From Deltaproteobacteria bacterium (lineage in GTDB: Bacteria; Myxococcota_A; UBA9160; SMWR01), in the NCBI GenBank assembly GCA_032128375.1, contig JAQBGU010000224.1, positions 1 through 23,536 on the forward strand: 23,536 bases of DNA, in the 5' to 3' direction. Below, piece after piece: positions 7,826 to 16,434 of this stretch. The translations under genes were made by a program, and so were the position numbers. The first letter of the stretch is position 1, and each line of letters starts with the position of its first letter. The notes beneath the pieces were generated by a model. It had not been told where the DNA came from, did not search any database, and saw nothing but the letters and a program-made list of their open reading frames with translations.

Positions 7826-7946
7826 CAATCGGAGAGAGACAATCGGAGAGAGACAATCGGAGAAAGACAATTGGAGAGAGACAATTGGAGAAAGACAATC
7901 GGAGCGAGACAATTGAAGAGAGCCAATTGGAGAAAGCCGATCGGAG
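7826..7946. repeat. Intergenic tandem repeat, about 8.6 x 14 bp
   Basis: Consensus CAAT(C/T)GGAGA(G/A)AGA. Units start at 7826, 7840, 7854, 7868, 7882, 7896, 7910, 7924 and 7938 (partial). Confidence 0.95.
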
Positions 7947-8057
7947 CCCACGCAATCCAAGCAAGCACAACCGAACCAGCATGAAGGGAATTCCAGCAGA
8001 TCGATCAACAGTACGCATTCGGGATTGCACGGCCTGCGCTCAGGGCTGGAACCCGAT

Positions 8058-9287
8058 TCATACGACCCCGTCGTCGTGCAGGCGGCGCCGAGCGTGGTCA
8101 TCGAGGCCGAGTTCGGTCAGGATTTCGTCTGTGTGCTGACCGAGGCCCGGCGCGCCGCTGCGCACGCGCGTCGGCGTGCGGGCGAACTTCGCTGCCGGGC
8201 CGACGATGGGGGCCTCGGTTCCTTCGGATTGTTCGATGGGTTGGAGCATGTCGCGCTCGGCGATGGCCGGGTCGGCTGCGGCCTCGGCGTAGGTCCGGAC
8301 GGGGGCGGCCGGAATCCCCCCGGCGACGAGTTGTTCGACGGCAGTCGCGACCGATCGTGTTGCCGCCCAGCTGGCCAACATGTCGTTGACTTCGAGGCGC
8401 CGCTCGAGTCGAGCCGCACCGGTTGCATAATGGGGGTGATCCGCGAGCTCTTCACGGTCGAGTACGCCGCACAGCCGCTTCCAGTGCGAATCGAGCAGCA
8501 CCCCAGTCATGAGTTTTCCGTCTTGGCATGCATAGCTGTTCGCGGGGGCGGCGATCCGAAATTCATTCCCGAGGCGGGGGAGGTCGACTCCCATCGCACC
8601 GAGTGTCAGGTAGCCGGTGGACTGGAACAGCATTGAATCGAGCAGCGACACGTCGATGTGCTGACCCTCGCCGTGCTGGTCGCGGTGCCGCAGTGCGGCC
8701 AGCACGGCGAGCGCTCCGTGCAAGCCCCCGAGGTCATCCGCCAGAAAGGTGGGTGCTTTGACGGGCTCGCCATCGGGGTTGCCATTGAGCGAGAGAAAGC
8801 CGCTGGCGGCCTGCGCCAACGGGTCGTAGCCGACGCGACCGCTCATGGATCCGAATTGACCGTAGCCGCTGATCGAAACGTAGATCGTGTCTGCACGGAC
8901 GCGGCGCACGTCTTCATAGCCGACACCCCATTGGCTCATCGTTCCGGGTCTGAAGTTTTCGACGACGATGTCGGCGCGCTCGGTGAGCTGCAAAAAAACG
9001 TCGCGCCCGGCGTCGCGGCGCAAATCGAGTGTGAGGCTCCGCTTGTTGCGATTGACGGTCGCATGCATGAATGACACCGGCGGGTCGGTCCCCGGCAGCG
9101 CAGGTGGCGAGCGGCGTGAAATTTCGCCAGCTGGGTGCTCGACCTTGATTACGTCGGCGCCGAAATCCGCGAGGATGCAAGCGCACATCGGACCGGCCCA
9201 GGTCGTGGTCGCCTCGACGACACGCACCCCATCGAGCGGACCCAGAAGGTCCGTGCGAGCCTCGTGATAGAAATCGGACTTCTCCAA
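8058..9287 (-). CDS. CoA-transferase family III (CaiB/BaiF)
   Basis: PLDGVRVVE..AGP..LADFGADVIKVEHP, NRNKRSLTLDL, VENFRPG, SISGYGQFG, GEGQHIDVSL, APGLGQHT. TTG start with GGAGG RBS. Confidence 0.95.
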   Translation of the reverse strand: MEKSDFYHEARTDLLGPLDGVRVVEATTTWAGPMCACILADFGADVIKVEHPAGEISRRSPPALPGTDPPVSFMHATVNRNKRSLTLDLRRDAGRDVFLQLTERADIVVENFRPGTMSQWGVGYEDVRRVRADTIYVSISGYGQFGSMSGRVGYDPLAQAASGFLSLNGNPDGEPVKAPTFLADDLGGLHGALAVLAALRHRDQHGEGQHIDVSLLDSMLFQSTGYLTLGAMGVDLPRLGNEFRIAAPANSYACQDGKLMTGVLLDSHWKRLCGVLDREELADHPHYATGAARLERRLEVNDMLASWAATRSVATAVEQLVAGGIPAAPVRTYAEAAADPAIAERDMLQPIEQSEGTEAPIVGPAAKFARTPTRVRSGAPGLGQHTDEILTELGLDDHARRRLHDDGVV

Positions 9288-9437
9288 CAGAAACCTCCGA
9301 TGACGACGCGTGCGTATCCGCGCCAGAACCTGCGAGGGTTATAGCGATTGGATGTGCAATGGTCTTGGCTGCTCACAGCGAGGGCGCCGGTCCGACGGAA
9401 CAATGGGTATGATCAGCCGCTCGAATGGGAGGTGGAA

Positions 9438-9878
9438 ATGGATCTGGGAACACTCTTGGTGGATCGAACCGACTGGATGGCGGATGTCGCGCTGTTTTTT
9501 GGGCGCAGCTTCATCGGTGTGTGTTTCGTGATTCATGGGCTCGGTAAGCTGGGTATCGTTGGGACGGGCAATCTGGAGGGGTTCGCCGACTGGTTGGCGA
9601 GTCTCGGCGTTCCGATGGCCGGCCTGCAAGCGCGGATGGCGATGGTTTCGGAGATCGTCGGCGGGACACTGTTGGCCGCGGGGTTGTTTACACGCCCAGC
9701 GTGCTTGCTGCTGATCGGGACCATGCTGGTCGCGGGTCGGCTGGGTCACAAGGATGCCGGCTACCTGATCACGAACGATCCGCCGGGTGCGGAATACACG
9801 ATCAACCTGGCCGCAATATGCGGCGTAATCACACTACTCGGCCCAGGCCGCGCATCGCTGGACTTCCTGGTGTTTTGA
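9438..9878 (+). CDS. DoxX family membrane protein
   Basis: GR..IG..FVIHGLGKL, EIVGG.LL..GLFTR.A, GAEY, GPGRASLD. GGAGG RBS before ATG 9438. Confidence 0.93.
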   Translation: MDLGTLLVDRTDWMADVALFFGRSFIGVCFVIHGLGKLGIVGTGNLEGFADWLASLGVPMAGLQARMAMVSEIVGGTLLAAGLFTRPACLLLIGTMLVAGRLGHKDAGYLITNDPPGAEYTINLAAICGVITLLGPGRASLDFLVF

Positions 9879-10040
9879 ATGGAGTCTTCGACTGGTGTCT
9901 TGAAAGGAGTCTTCAACGGCATTTTTGAAAGGAGTCTTCAACGGTATTTTTGAAAGGAGTCTTCAACGGTTTTTTTGAAAGGAGTCTTCAACGGCATTTT
10001 TGAAAGGAGTCTTCAACGGTTTTTTTGAATGGAGTCTTCA
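9876..10040. repeat. Intergenic AT-rich tandem repeat, about 6.6 x 25 bp, between convergent genes
   Basis: Consensus TGAAAGGAGTCTTCAACGG(C/T)(A/T)TTTT. Units start at 9876 (degenerate), 9901, 9926, 9951, 9976, 10001 and 10026 (partial). Confidence 0.97.
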
Positions 10041-10055
10041 GAAAAGAGCCGCCGC

Positions 10056-10862
10056 TCACTGGGTACCGGACGATTCGAGGGCCCGTTGGGCGGCTGTACG
10101 CAGCTCGGCGTGCACGGATTCGGTCGCCTGTCGGCGCAACGCTGCGATCGCGTTGGCGGGTAACTCGATCGGCGGCCGGGAGCCCAGAGCGCCAAGAGCG
10201 AACGTGGCGATGCGTTGGCTGGCAGGGTCGGTCGTGTCCCCCGTGACCTCGACGAGCCGGTCGATGACGGTTTGAGGAGCCTCGCTGAGCGAGGCGAGGG
10301 CGGTGAGGGCCGCGTGTCGCACAGTCCGGTCCGGATCGCGCGTCGCCGCGACGATGACTTGGGCGCAGCTCGCTTCGTCCGGGGCGAGCTCGCGCAGACA
10401 GTACAGCGCCATGCATCGCAACATGGGGTTCGCGTCCGTTTGAGCGAGGCCCAGTATCAGTGGCAACACTTCGCCGTAGGAGCGTCCCGTATTGACCAGA
10501 AGTCGCGCGGCCGCCCAACGGATGTCTCCCGCCTCGCTGCCCAGTGCTTCGACGAGCGCTGGCAACAACCTCGGCCCGACCGGTTCGATTCGCGAGCACG
10601 TGAATGCGGCAAACCAGCGCTGGCGCGGATCGTCCCCGCGAAGTGCCGCGCGCACCACTTCGACCACTTCAGGACATGTCAGCGCCAGTTTTGCCAGCGA
10701 ATCCGACGCCGCCCGGGCCACGCGCTTTTCGGGATCCCCAAGCGCTCCCGCCAACGCGGTTAGCAGCAATACGGCCGTCGGATCGTCGGCCGCAGCCACG
10801 CACGCGTCTCGTCGCTCTTCCGCATTATTGCTGGCTAGACCCGTGATGACCGGATGACTCAA
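10056..10862 (-). CDS. HEAT-repeat protein
   Basis: Recurring motifs: ALGDPEKRVARAASDSL, ALRGDDPRQRWFAA, ALGSEAGDIRWAAA, ATRDPDRTVRHAAL. Probable TTG start overlaps the upstream gene stop (TTGA), with GGGAG RBS. Confidence 0.85.
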   Translation of the reverse strand: MSHPVITGLASNNAEERRDACVAAADDPTAVLLLTALAGALGDPEKRVARAASDSLAKLALTCPEVVEVVRAALRGDDPRQRWFAAFTCSRIEPVGPRLLPALVEALGSEAGDIRWAAARLLVNTGRSYGEVLPLILGLAQTDANPMLRCMALYCLRELAPDEASCAQVIVAATRDPDRTVRHAALTALASLSEAPQTVIDRLVEVTGDTTDPASQRIATFALGALGSRPPIELPANAIAALRRQATESVHAELRTAAQRALESSGTQ

Positions 10863-11737
10863 GCGTTCTCCCAAATGGCCGTCAACGGCTCGGTCATGTT
10901 CGAACACAGCGCGCGCCGCTCGCTCTCGAGCTTGAGCAGATGGGAACACACCGACGAGCCCGCTGCTGCGTGAAGTGATTCGGGATAGCCGACATACACG
11001 ATCTTGACGATCTCTGCGATATTCAGCGGACCGCCCGAAAGAGCGGCGATGATCTGCTGTTCGCGCTTGTTTCGGTGATCGATGTACTCGCGTAGTTTCG
11101 CTCGACCATCAGAGATGCACGGGCCATGAGCCGGGTAGATCGCGCCCGGTTGTTCTTGTAGCAGCCGCTCGAGTGAGTTCATGTAGTCGAGCAGGTTGCC
11201 GCCTTGGCCTGGGATTACGGTCGTGCCGACTCCCAACACGTTGTCGCCCGAGAACAGCGAACGCTCCTGCTCGAGGATGAAGCACAAGTGGTCCTCGGCG
11301 TGTCCCGGTGTGTGCAGCGCGCGCAGCGTCGCGCCTTCCGTCTCGATCACCGAGCCATCGTCGATCGGCGTGATCTTGACATCGTAACGCTCGTCGACCC
11401 CCGGCCAGGGCCGCTTGGACACAGACAATGGGCCGTAGCGCTCGATCACCGCCTCGGCCCCGCCGATGTGATCGGGATGACCGTGGGTGAGGACGATCTC
11501 TTGAATTTCGTCGCAACCGGCGTGATGGAGCGCTTGGTCGAGCACTGGCAGGTATTCCGTCACCCCCGAGCCGGTATCGAGCAGGATGCGACTCTTGCCA
11601 GTTCCGACCAGGTAGGTGTTTGTGCCGGGGCCGGTGAAGAGGCTCGGGTTCTGTCCCAGCGCGACGACGACGCGCTCCGACCAGGTATCGATATCGGGAA
11701 GTTCGAGTCCAATCATTGTCGGGGGGGACTGGGACAC
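10859..11737 (-). CDS. Metallo-beta-lactamase-fold hydrolase, LACTB2-like, with C-terminal winged-helix domain
   Basis: NPSLFTGPGTNTYLVG, THGHPDH, HTPGHAEDH, FSGDNVLG, YPAHG. GTG start with AAGGAG RBS. Confidence 0.92.
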   Translation of the reverse strand: MSQSPPTMIGLELPDIDTWSERVVVALGQNPSLFTGPGTNTYLVGTGKSRILLDTGSGVTEYLPVLDQALHHAGCDEIQEIVLTHGHPDHIGGAEAVIERYGPLSVSKRPWPGVDERYDVKITPIDDGSVIETEGATLRALHTPGHAEDHLCFILEQERSLFSGDNVLGVGTTVIPGQGGNLLDYMNSLERLLQEQPGAIYPAHGPCISDGRAKLREYIDHRNKREQQIIAALSGGPLNIAEIVKIVYVGYPESLHAAAGSSVCSHLLKLESERRALCSNMTEPLTAIWENA

Positions 11738-11830
11738 GTGACTACTCCTTCGAATCAGGTCGTTGGCAACAAAGTCCGCGGCCGTGGGATCGCTTGGTGG
11801 CGATACACGAAAAGCGGCTACGAGTCGCGT

Positions 11831-13192
11831 TCATTCTCCCGCCAACGTCATGTTCGCGATTCTCAGCGACGGTGACGCGATTCTGCCCAACCACAATAGG
11901 TCCGAGCCGACGGCGTCGATTTGATTGAGCATGTCGCCGAAGTTACCTGCAATCGTCACTTCTTCTACAGGGCGTACGATCTCGCCGTGCTCGACCCACA
12001 AGCCCGCAGCGCCGCGTGAGTAGTCCCCGGTGATCGGGTTGAATCCCATCCCGATCAATTCTGTGGCGATGAAACCTCTGTCGGTGCTCTCGATGATCTG
12101 TTCGAGCGTCGAATTTCCCGGTTCGAGCCACAAGTTGGTCGGAGCAGCCGTGGGGGCGCTCCCGGCGCCACGTGATGCGTTCCCGGTAGACGGGAGGCCC
12201 AGCTTGCGGCCTGAATAGCTATCGAGCAGATAGCTCGACAGTCGACCGTCCTCGACCAGCACGGTGCGGCGGGTGGGGAGTCCTTCGCCGTCGAACGGTT
12301 TGCTGCCCAGGCCGCCAGGACGCCGGCCGTCGTCAACTACGTTGATCGAAGGGGCTGTGATTCGCTCGCCGAGCCGGCCGGCCAGAAAGCTCGTTTCGCG
12401 GTAAACCGCGTAGCCGCTGATGCAGCCGACGAGCTGACGCAGCAGGCTCGCGGCAGTCATCGGATCGAAGATCACCGGGACCTCGCAGGTCTTGACCGGA
12501 CGGCTCCCCAGACGTCGCAGCGCGCGCCGAGCTGCCTTGCGTCCGACTTCTGCGGGGTCTTCGAGGTCCGCCAGGCGACGCGCGACTGTCATCCAGTAGT
12601 CGCGCTGAAGCGAACCATTTTCCTTGGCGACCGGCTCCGAAAACAGCGAGTGGGAGGCAGAATCGTACTCGCCGAAAAAGCCCTTCGAGTTTCCGTAGGC
12701 GATGTGAGTGAAACCCGAGGACACTTGCGAGCCTTCGGAGTTGTCGATGCGAGCGTCCGCGGCACGCGCCGCGGCCTCTGCGGCGATCGCGTCTTCGATG
12801 CGCGCTTCTACTGCGATTCCCCGGTCCTGTGGGTCGAATAGCTCGAGGTCCGGGCTGTCGTCGGCAAAACCGCCGTCGGGCAGGCCGGCATGCTGGTCTT
12901 CTGCGGTAGCGCGAGCCAGCGCGACGGTTTGCACAGCCATCGCGTCCACCGCGTCCGCTGCCACATCACTCGTTGACGTAGTGGCACTGCGCGCGCCTGC
13001 CGGGCCGCGAATCATCGCCCGGATGCCCAGTGTGCGCCCGCGCGCCTGGCTGACGAAATCGATCTCGGCGCCGCGGACGCGGGCCTCGACCTCGTCAGCA
13101 TCGACGAAGACCGCGTCGACCTCGTCCGCACCTGCCCGCCGCGCGCACCGGATGGCGCGTTCGATGATCTCACTCGGTGTCGACTGGCTCAA
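11831..13192 (-). CDS. pmbA: TldE/PmbA peptidase subunit
   Basis: PFDGEG, YLLDSYSGRKLG..STGNA, NPITGDYSRGAAG, PVEEVTIAGN. Lacks HExxxH. TTG start overlaps the tldD stop. Confidence 0.95.
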   Translation of the reverse strand: MSQSTPSEIIERAIRCARRAGADEVDAVFVDADEVEARVRGAEIDFVSQARGRTLGIRAMIRGPAGARSATTSTSDVAADAVDAMAVQTVALARATAEDQHAGLPDGGFADDSPDLELFDPQDRGIAVEARIEDAIAAEAAARAADARIDNSEGSQVSSGFTHIAYGNSKGFFGEYDSASHSLFSEPVAKENGSLQRDYWMTVARRLADLEDPAEVGRKAARRALRRLGSRPVKTCEVPVIFDPMTAASLLRQLVGCISGYAVYRETSFLAGRLGERITAPSINVVDDGRRPGGLGSKPFDGEGLPTRRTVLVEDGRLSSYLLDSYSGRKLGLPSTGNASRGAGSAPTAAPTNLWLEPGNSTLEQIIESTDRGFIATELIGMGFNPITGDYSRGAAGLWVEHGEIVRPVEEVTIAGNFGDMLNQIDAVGSDLLWLGRIASPSLRIANMTLAGE

Positions 13193-14640
13193 GCTCCCGT
13201 TCCTCCCACGGTCACTTCGTCGAGAAGGATCGTCGGCAGTCCGACGCCGACCGGAACACTCTGGCCGTCCTTGCCGCAGGTGCCAACTCCCTCGTCGAGT
13301 TTCAGGTCGTTTCCGATCCGTGAGACCCGCGTCAGGATGTCCGGCCCGTTGCCGATCAGCGTCGCTCCCTTGAGCGGAGCCCCGATGCGACCCCCTTCGA
13401 TCTTGTAGGCCTCGCTCACCGAGAACACGAACTTGCCGCTGGTGATGTCGACCTGGCCGCCGCCAAACGACACGGCGTAGATTCCCGAAGGCACGGAGCG
13501 AAGGATGTCGTCGGGGTCGTCATCGCCTGCGAGCATGAACGTATTGGTCATGCGCGGCATGGGCAGGTGTGCATAACTCTCGCGCCGCCCGTTGCCGGTC
13601 GGGCGCGCACCCATCAGGCGGGCGTTCAGGCGGTCTTGCAGGTACCCCGTGAGGATGCCGTTTTCGATCAGCGTGGTCGGTTGCGTGGGCGTGCCTTCGT
13701 CATCGACGTTGATCGACCCGCGGCGTTCGGCGAGCGTGCCATCGTCGACCACTGTTACTCCAGCGCTCGCAACTCGCTCGCCGATTCGGTCGGTGAATGC
13801 GGAGGTCCTTTTTCGGTTGAAGTCTCCCTCCAGGCCGTGCCCGATCGCTTCGTGGAGCAAGATGCCGGGCCAGCCCGGGCCGAGTACCACGGGCATCGCG
13901 CCGGCGGGGCACTCGACCGCTTCCAGGCTGACCATCGCGACGCGAACGGCCTCATCCGCGAGTTGTTGCCAGGTCGCTTCCTCGAGCAGTCGGCTGAATT
14001 CATAGCGACCGCCCATGCCCTGGTAGCCGATTTCCTTGCGTCCGTTTCCGTCGTCGGCGACGATCTGAACGTTCAATCGGACGAGTGGGCGGGTATCGAC
14101 GCTGAGGGTGCCATCGCTGCCCGCGATCAAGATGTTCTGGTACTGGGTGACGACGCTGGCCATGACCTGCTTGACCCGAGAATCGGCCGCACGCGCGTAC
14201 GTATCGATCTTTCCGAGCAAGTCGACCTTGGTTTCGACCGGTACGTCGGTTGGCGCGAGCGCGACGGGGTACAAATCGTGTGCGGGCACAGCGCGGCCAG
14301 CGATCGCGACTGCGGTGGTTTCGCCGCGGCCCTGCGAGATCGCGCGGGCGGTCGAGGCCGCCGCCTGCAGGCTATGCACGGTGACATCGTCAGAGTGCGC
14401 GTAGCCTTGCCGCTCGCCAACTTGCGCGCGAACGCCAACGCCCTGTTGCAGGTGACGTTCGCCGCTCTTGACGATTCCCTCTTCGAGCGCGACGGAATCC
14501 AAGACCGTGTACTCGAAGTACAGATCCGCGTAATCGACCTGGCGCTCGAGCGCCGTGTCGAGCGCGCGCGTCAGGCTGCGATCGTCGAGACCGAAGCGGT
14601 CGTGGAAGAACGACTGCGCGTTGTGGCTGGGTTCGCTCAT
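13189..14640 (-). CDS. tldD: TldD metalloprotease
   Basis: GWPGILLHEAIGHGLEGDFNRK, TGNGRRESYAHLPMPRMTNT, GTCGKDGQSVPVGVG. Confidence 0.97.
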   Translation of the reverse strand: MSEPSHNAQSFFHDRFGLDDRSLTRALDTALERQVDYADLYFEYTVLDSVALEEGIVKSGERHLQQGVGVRAQVGERQGYAHSDDVTVHSLQAAASTARAISQGRGETTAVAIAGRAVPAHDLYPVALAPTDVPVETKVDLLGKIDTYARAADSRVKQVMASVVTQYQNILIAGSDGTLSVDTRPLVRLNVQIVADDGNGRKEIGYQGMGGRYEFSRLLEEATWQQLADEAVRVAMVSLEAVECPAGAMPVVLGPGWPGILLHEAIGHGLEGDFNRKRTSAFTDRIGERVASAGVTVVDDGTLAERRGSINVDDEGTPTQPTTLIENGILTGYLQDRLNARLMGARPTGNGRRESYAHLPMPRMTNTFMLAGDDDPDDILRSVPSGIYAVSFGGGQVDITSGKFVFSVSEAYKIEGGRIGAPLKGATLIGNGPDILTRVSRIGNDLKLDEGVGTCGKDGQSVPVGVGLPTILLDEVTVGGTGA

Positions 14641-14745
14641 CAGGTGGACTCCATTGGCTAGCGTTGAGGGGCTGTCGTTGAAAACTGGCTGGATTGGCTT
14701 CCGCAGCGTTGGCGCAGGCTCGCTGTCGGCCGGGCTGTCGACGCT

Positions 14746-15468
14746 TCAGTGCAGCCCGAATTCCTCGATGATCTTCATCAGGTCTCCGAGGGTAGCAAGC
14801 GAGCCGACATCGACCGCACGCAATCCGGCGTTTCGCGCCGCCGCGATGTCTTGTTCCGGATGGTCTCCGACCACGACCGAGTTGCCCGGAGCGACCCCGA
14901 GTCGGGCGATGGCGCGCTCGAACAAGGCCGGGTCGGGTTTGGCGGCGCCCACATCCGATGGCAACACCAACACGTCGATGAGCGGTGCGATCTGCAGAGC
15001 ATCGAGTAGCGCGGGCAGCCGAAAGTCGAAATTTGACACGATCGCGATACCGAAGCCGGAACCGCGCAGTTCGCGCAACACATCGAATGCGCCTTCGACG
15101 ACGCGCCAGGCCGACGCATCGCCCATCGCGGCGAACAGCGCTGCGAAGAAATGCTCGAAGCTCTGCTGCGTCGAGAAGCGATCTTCGGTTTCGCCGTCGG
15201 TTTGGCAACTCGCAAACGTTTCCTGCACACATCGATGCCACCAGGCGCGTTCGTGTGTCGGAACCTCCGTCGCCGCTACCTCCGGGAACGCCATCGCTGG
15301 GGCGTGGGCGAATACGTGTCGAAACGCGATGTCCAGCCGATCTGCGTTCTGGACTACGCCAAACTCGCGTGCAACGCGGGCATAGGTCTCGCCCACCGGC
15401 TCGATGAGTTCGATCAACGTGCCTGCGGCGTCGAACAACACCGCGCCGCGGTAGGCCCGACTCGCCAT
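14746..15468 (-). CDS. HAD-IA family hydrolase (REG-2/HDHD3-like)
   Basis: LFDAAGTL, VSNFD, KPDPALF and VGDHPEQDI motifs. Confidence 0.92.
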   Translation of the reverse strand: MASRAYRGAVLFDAAGTLIELIEPVGETYARVAREFGVVQNADRLDIAFRHVFAHAPAMAFPEVAATEVPTHERAWWHRCVQETFASCQTDGETEDRFSTQQSFEHFFAALFAAMGDASAWRVVEGAFDVLRELRGSGFGIAIVSNFDFRLPALLDALQIAPLIDVLVLPSDVGAAKPDPALFERAIARLGVAPGNSVVVGDHPEQDIAAARNAGLRAVDVGSLATLGDLMKIIEEFGLH

Positions 15469-15472
15469 GCGG

Positions 15473-16420
15473 TCAGTCGGGTCGACGACCGGACGCGATG
15501 AATGTGTTCGGCAGGTCCCGCCCCGATGAAAGCCCCTCGTGTTCGTGCCTGTGGTAGTCGAGCAGTCCGGCGTGCTCGAACCAATCAGCGACTTCGGCTG
15601 CGCTGAATCCCAGCCACGTCACACCCAGTTCCTGCCGCATCCATTCATTCTGGTGCGAGACGAAATCGACCACGATCACCTGGCCACCCGGTCTGACGAT
15701 TCTCGTCATCTCTGCGATGGCTTCGGCCGGTGACGCGAGATAGTGGAGCACCATGTGTGCGAGAGCTGCGTCGACCTCGCCGTCGCGCAACGGCAGCGCG
15801 CTGGCTTCGCCGTGCCGCAGGTCGATCGCGAGTTCGGGCTCGGCTGAAACTTTCGCTCGCGCTGCGTCGAGCATGCGCGCTGAGTGGTCGATCGCGATCA
15901 CTGACACGCCCAACCGAGCGAGTTCGATCGCGAGAATTCCTGTCCCGGTGCCGATGTCGGCCACCGTCAATCCGGGGTCGATGAGCCGAGCGACCGCTCG
16001 CGCGCGCAGTGCATCGTCGTTGAATACTTTGCGCACCGCGTCCCATTCGGGACCGACCGAATCGAAGAAACTCCGGGTCCGGGCGGCGCGTGACTCCAAC
16101 ACGCGTACCAGCGCCGCCGCATCGCGCTCGGCGGTCGCGTCGCCCTTCAAATGCTCCTTGACCAGCGACCAGGTCTGGCTCCAGACCGCTTGATCAGTGG
16201 AGGCGAGTCGGTAGAAGACGTAAGTGCCGTCGCGACGATCCTGCAGCAGGCCGGCTTCTCGGAGGATGGCGAGGTGCCGCGAGACGCGGGACTGTGCCAT
16301 GCCGAGCACTCCCATCAGCTCCTGGACGGCGAGTTCTTCGCGCTCGAGCAACGCCAGGATGCGAACGCGGGTGGGGTCCGAGAACGTGCGAAATACCCGC
16401 TGAAGCTCCTGCGCGCCCAC
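15473..16420 (-). CDS. ArsR-family HTH regulator fused to a class I SAM-dependent methyltransferase-like domain (SahR-like architecture)
   Basis: DPTRVRILALL..ELAVQEL..QSRVSRHLAILREAGL..RRDG (ArsR). FFD..PEWD, ADIGTGTG, MVLHY, PGG (methyltransferase). Confidence 0.92.
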   Translation of the reverse strand: MGAQELQRVFRTFSDPTRVRILALLEREELAVQELMGVLGMAQSRVSRHLAILREAGLLQDRRDGTYVFYRLASTDQAVWSQTWSLVKEHLKGDATAERDAAALVRVLESRAARTRSFFDSVGPEWDAVRKVFNDDALRARAVARLIDPGLTVADIGTGTGILAIELARLGVSVIAIDHSARMLDAARAKVSAEPELAIDLRHGEASALPLRDGEVDAALAHMVLHYLASPAEAIAEMTRIVRPGGQVIVVDFVSHQNEWMRQELGVTWLGFSAAEVADWFEHAGLLDYHRHEHEGLSSGRDLPNTFIASGRRPD

Positions 16421-16434
16421 GGTCGTGCAGGCTC

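Noticed and set aside
7495..8139. ORFs running through the 14-bp array (7495-8139 +, 7770-8030 -, 7778-8101 -)
   Set aside because: They stay open because the repeat lacks stop codons. The unit is not a multiple of 3, two of them overlap real genes, and none resembles a protein family.
9876..10040. Bona fide CRISPR array
   Set aside because: Units are head-to-tail with no unique spacers. No leader or cas genes are in the window.
13567..14661. 364-aa + strand ORF, and similar long shadow ORFs (e.g. 14555-15385, 17552-18373, 5343-6083)
   Set aside because: Antisense to clearly identified genes with no recognisable motifs. Expected from GC-rich codon bias.
14641..14745. Short recurring words (GCTGTCG x3, ATTGGCT x2, AGCGTTG x2) upstream of tldD
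   Set aside because: Irregular spacing and too short to distinguish from chance.
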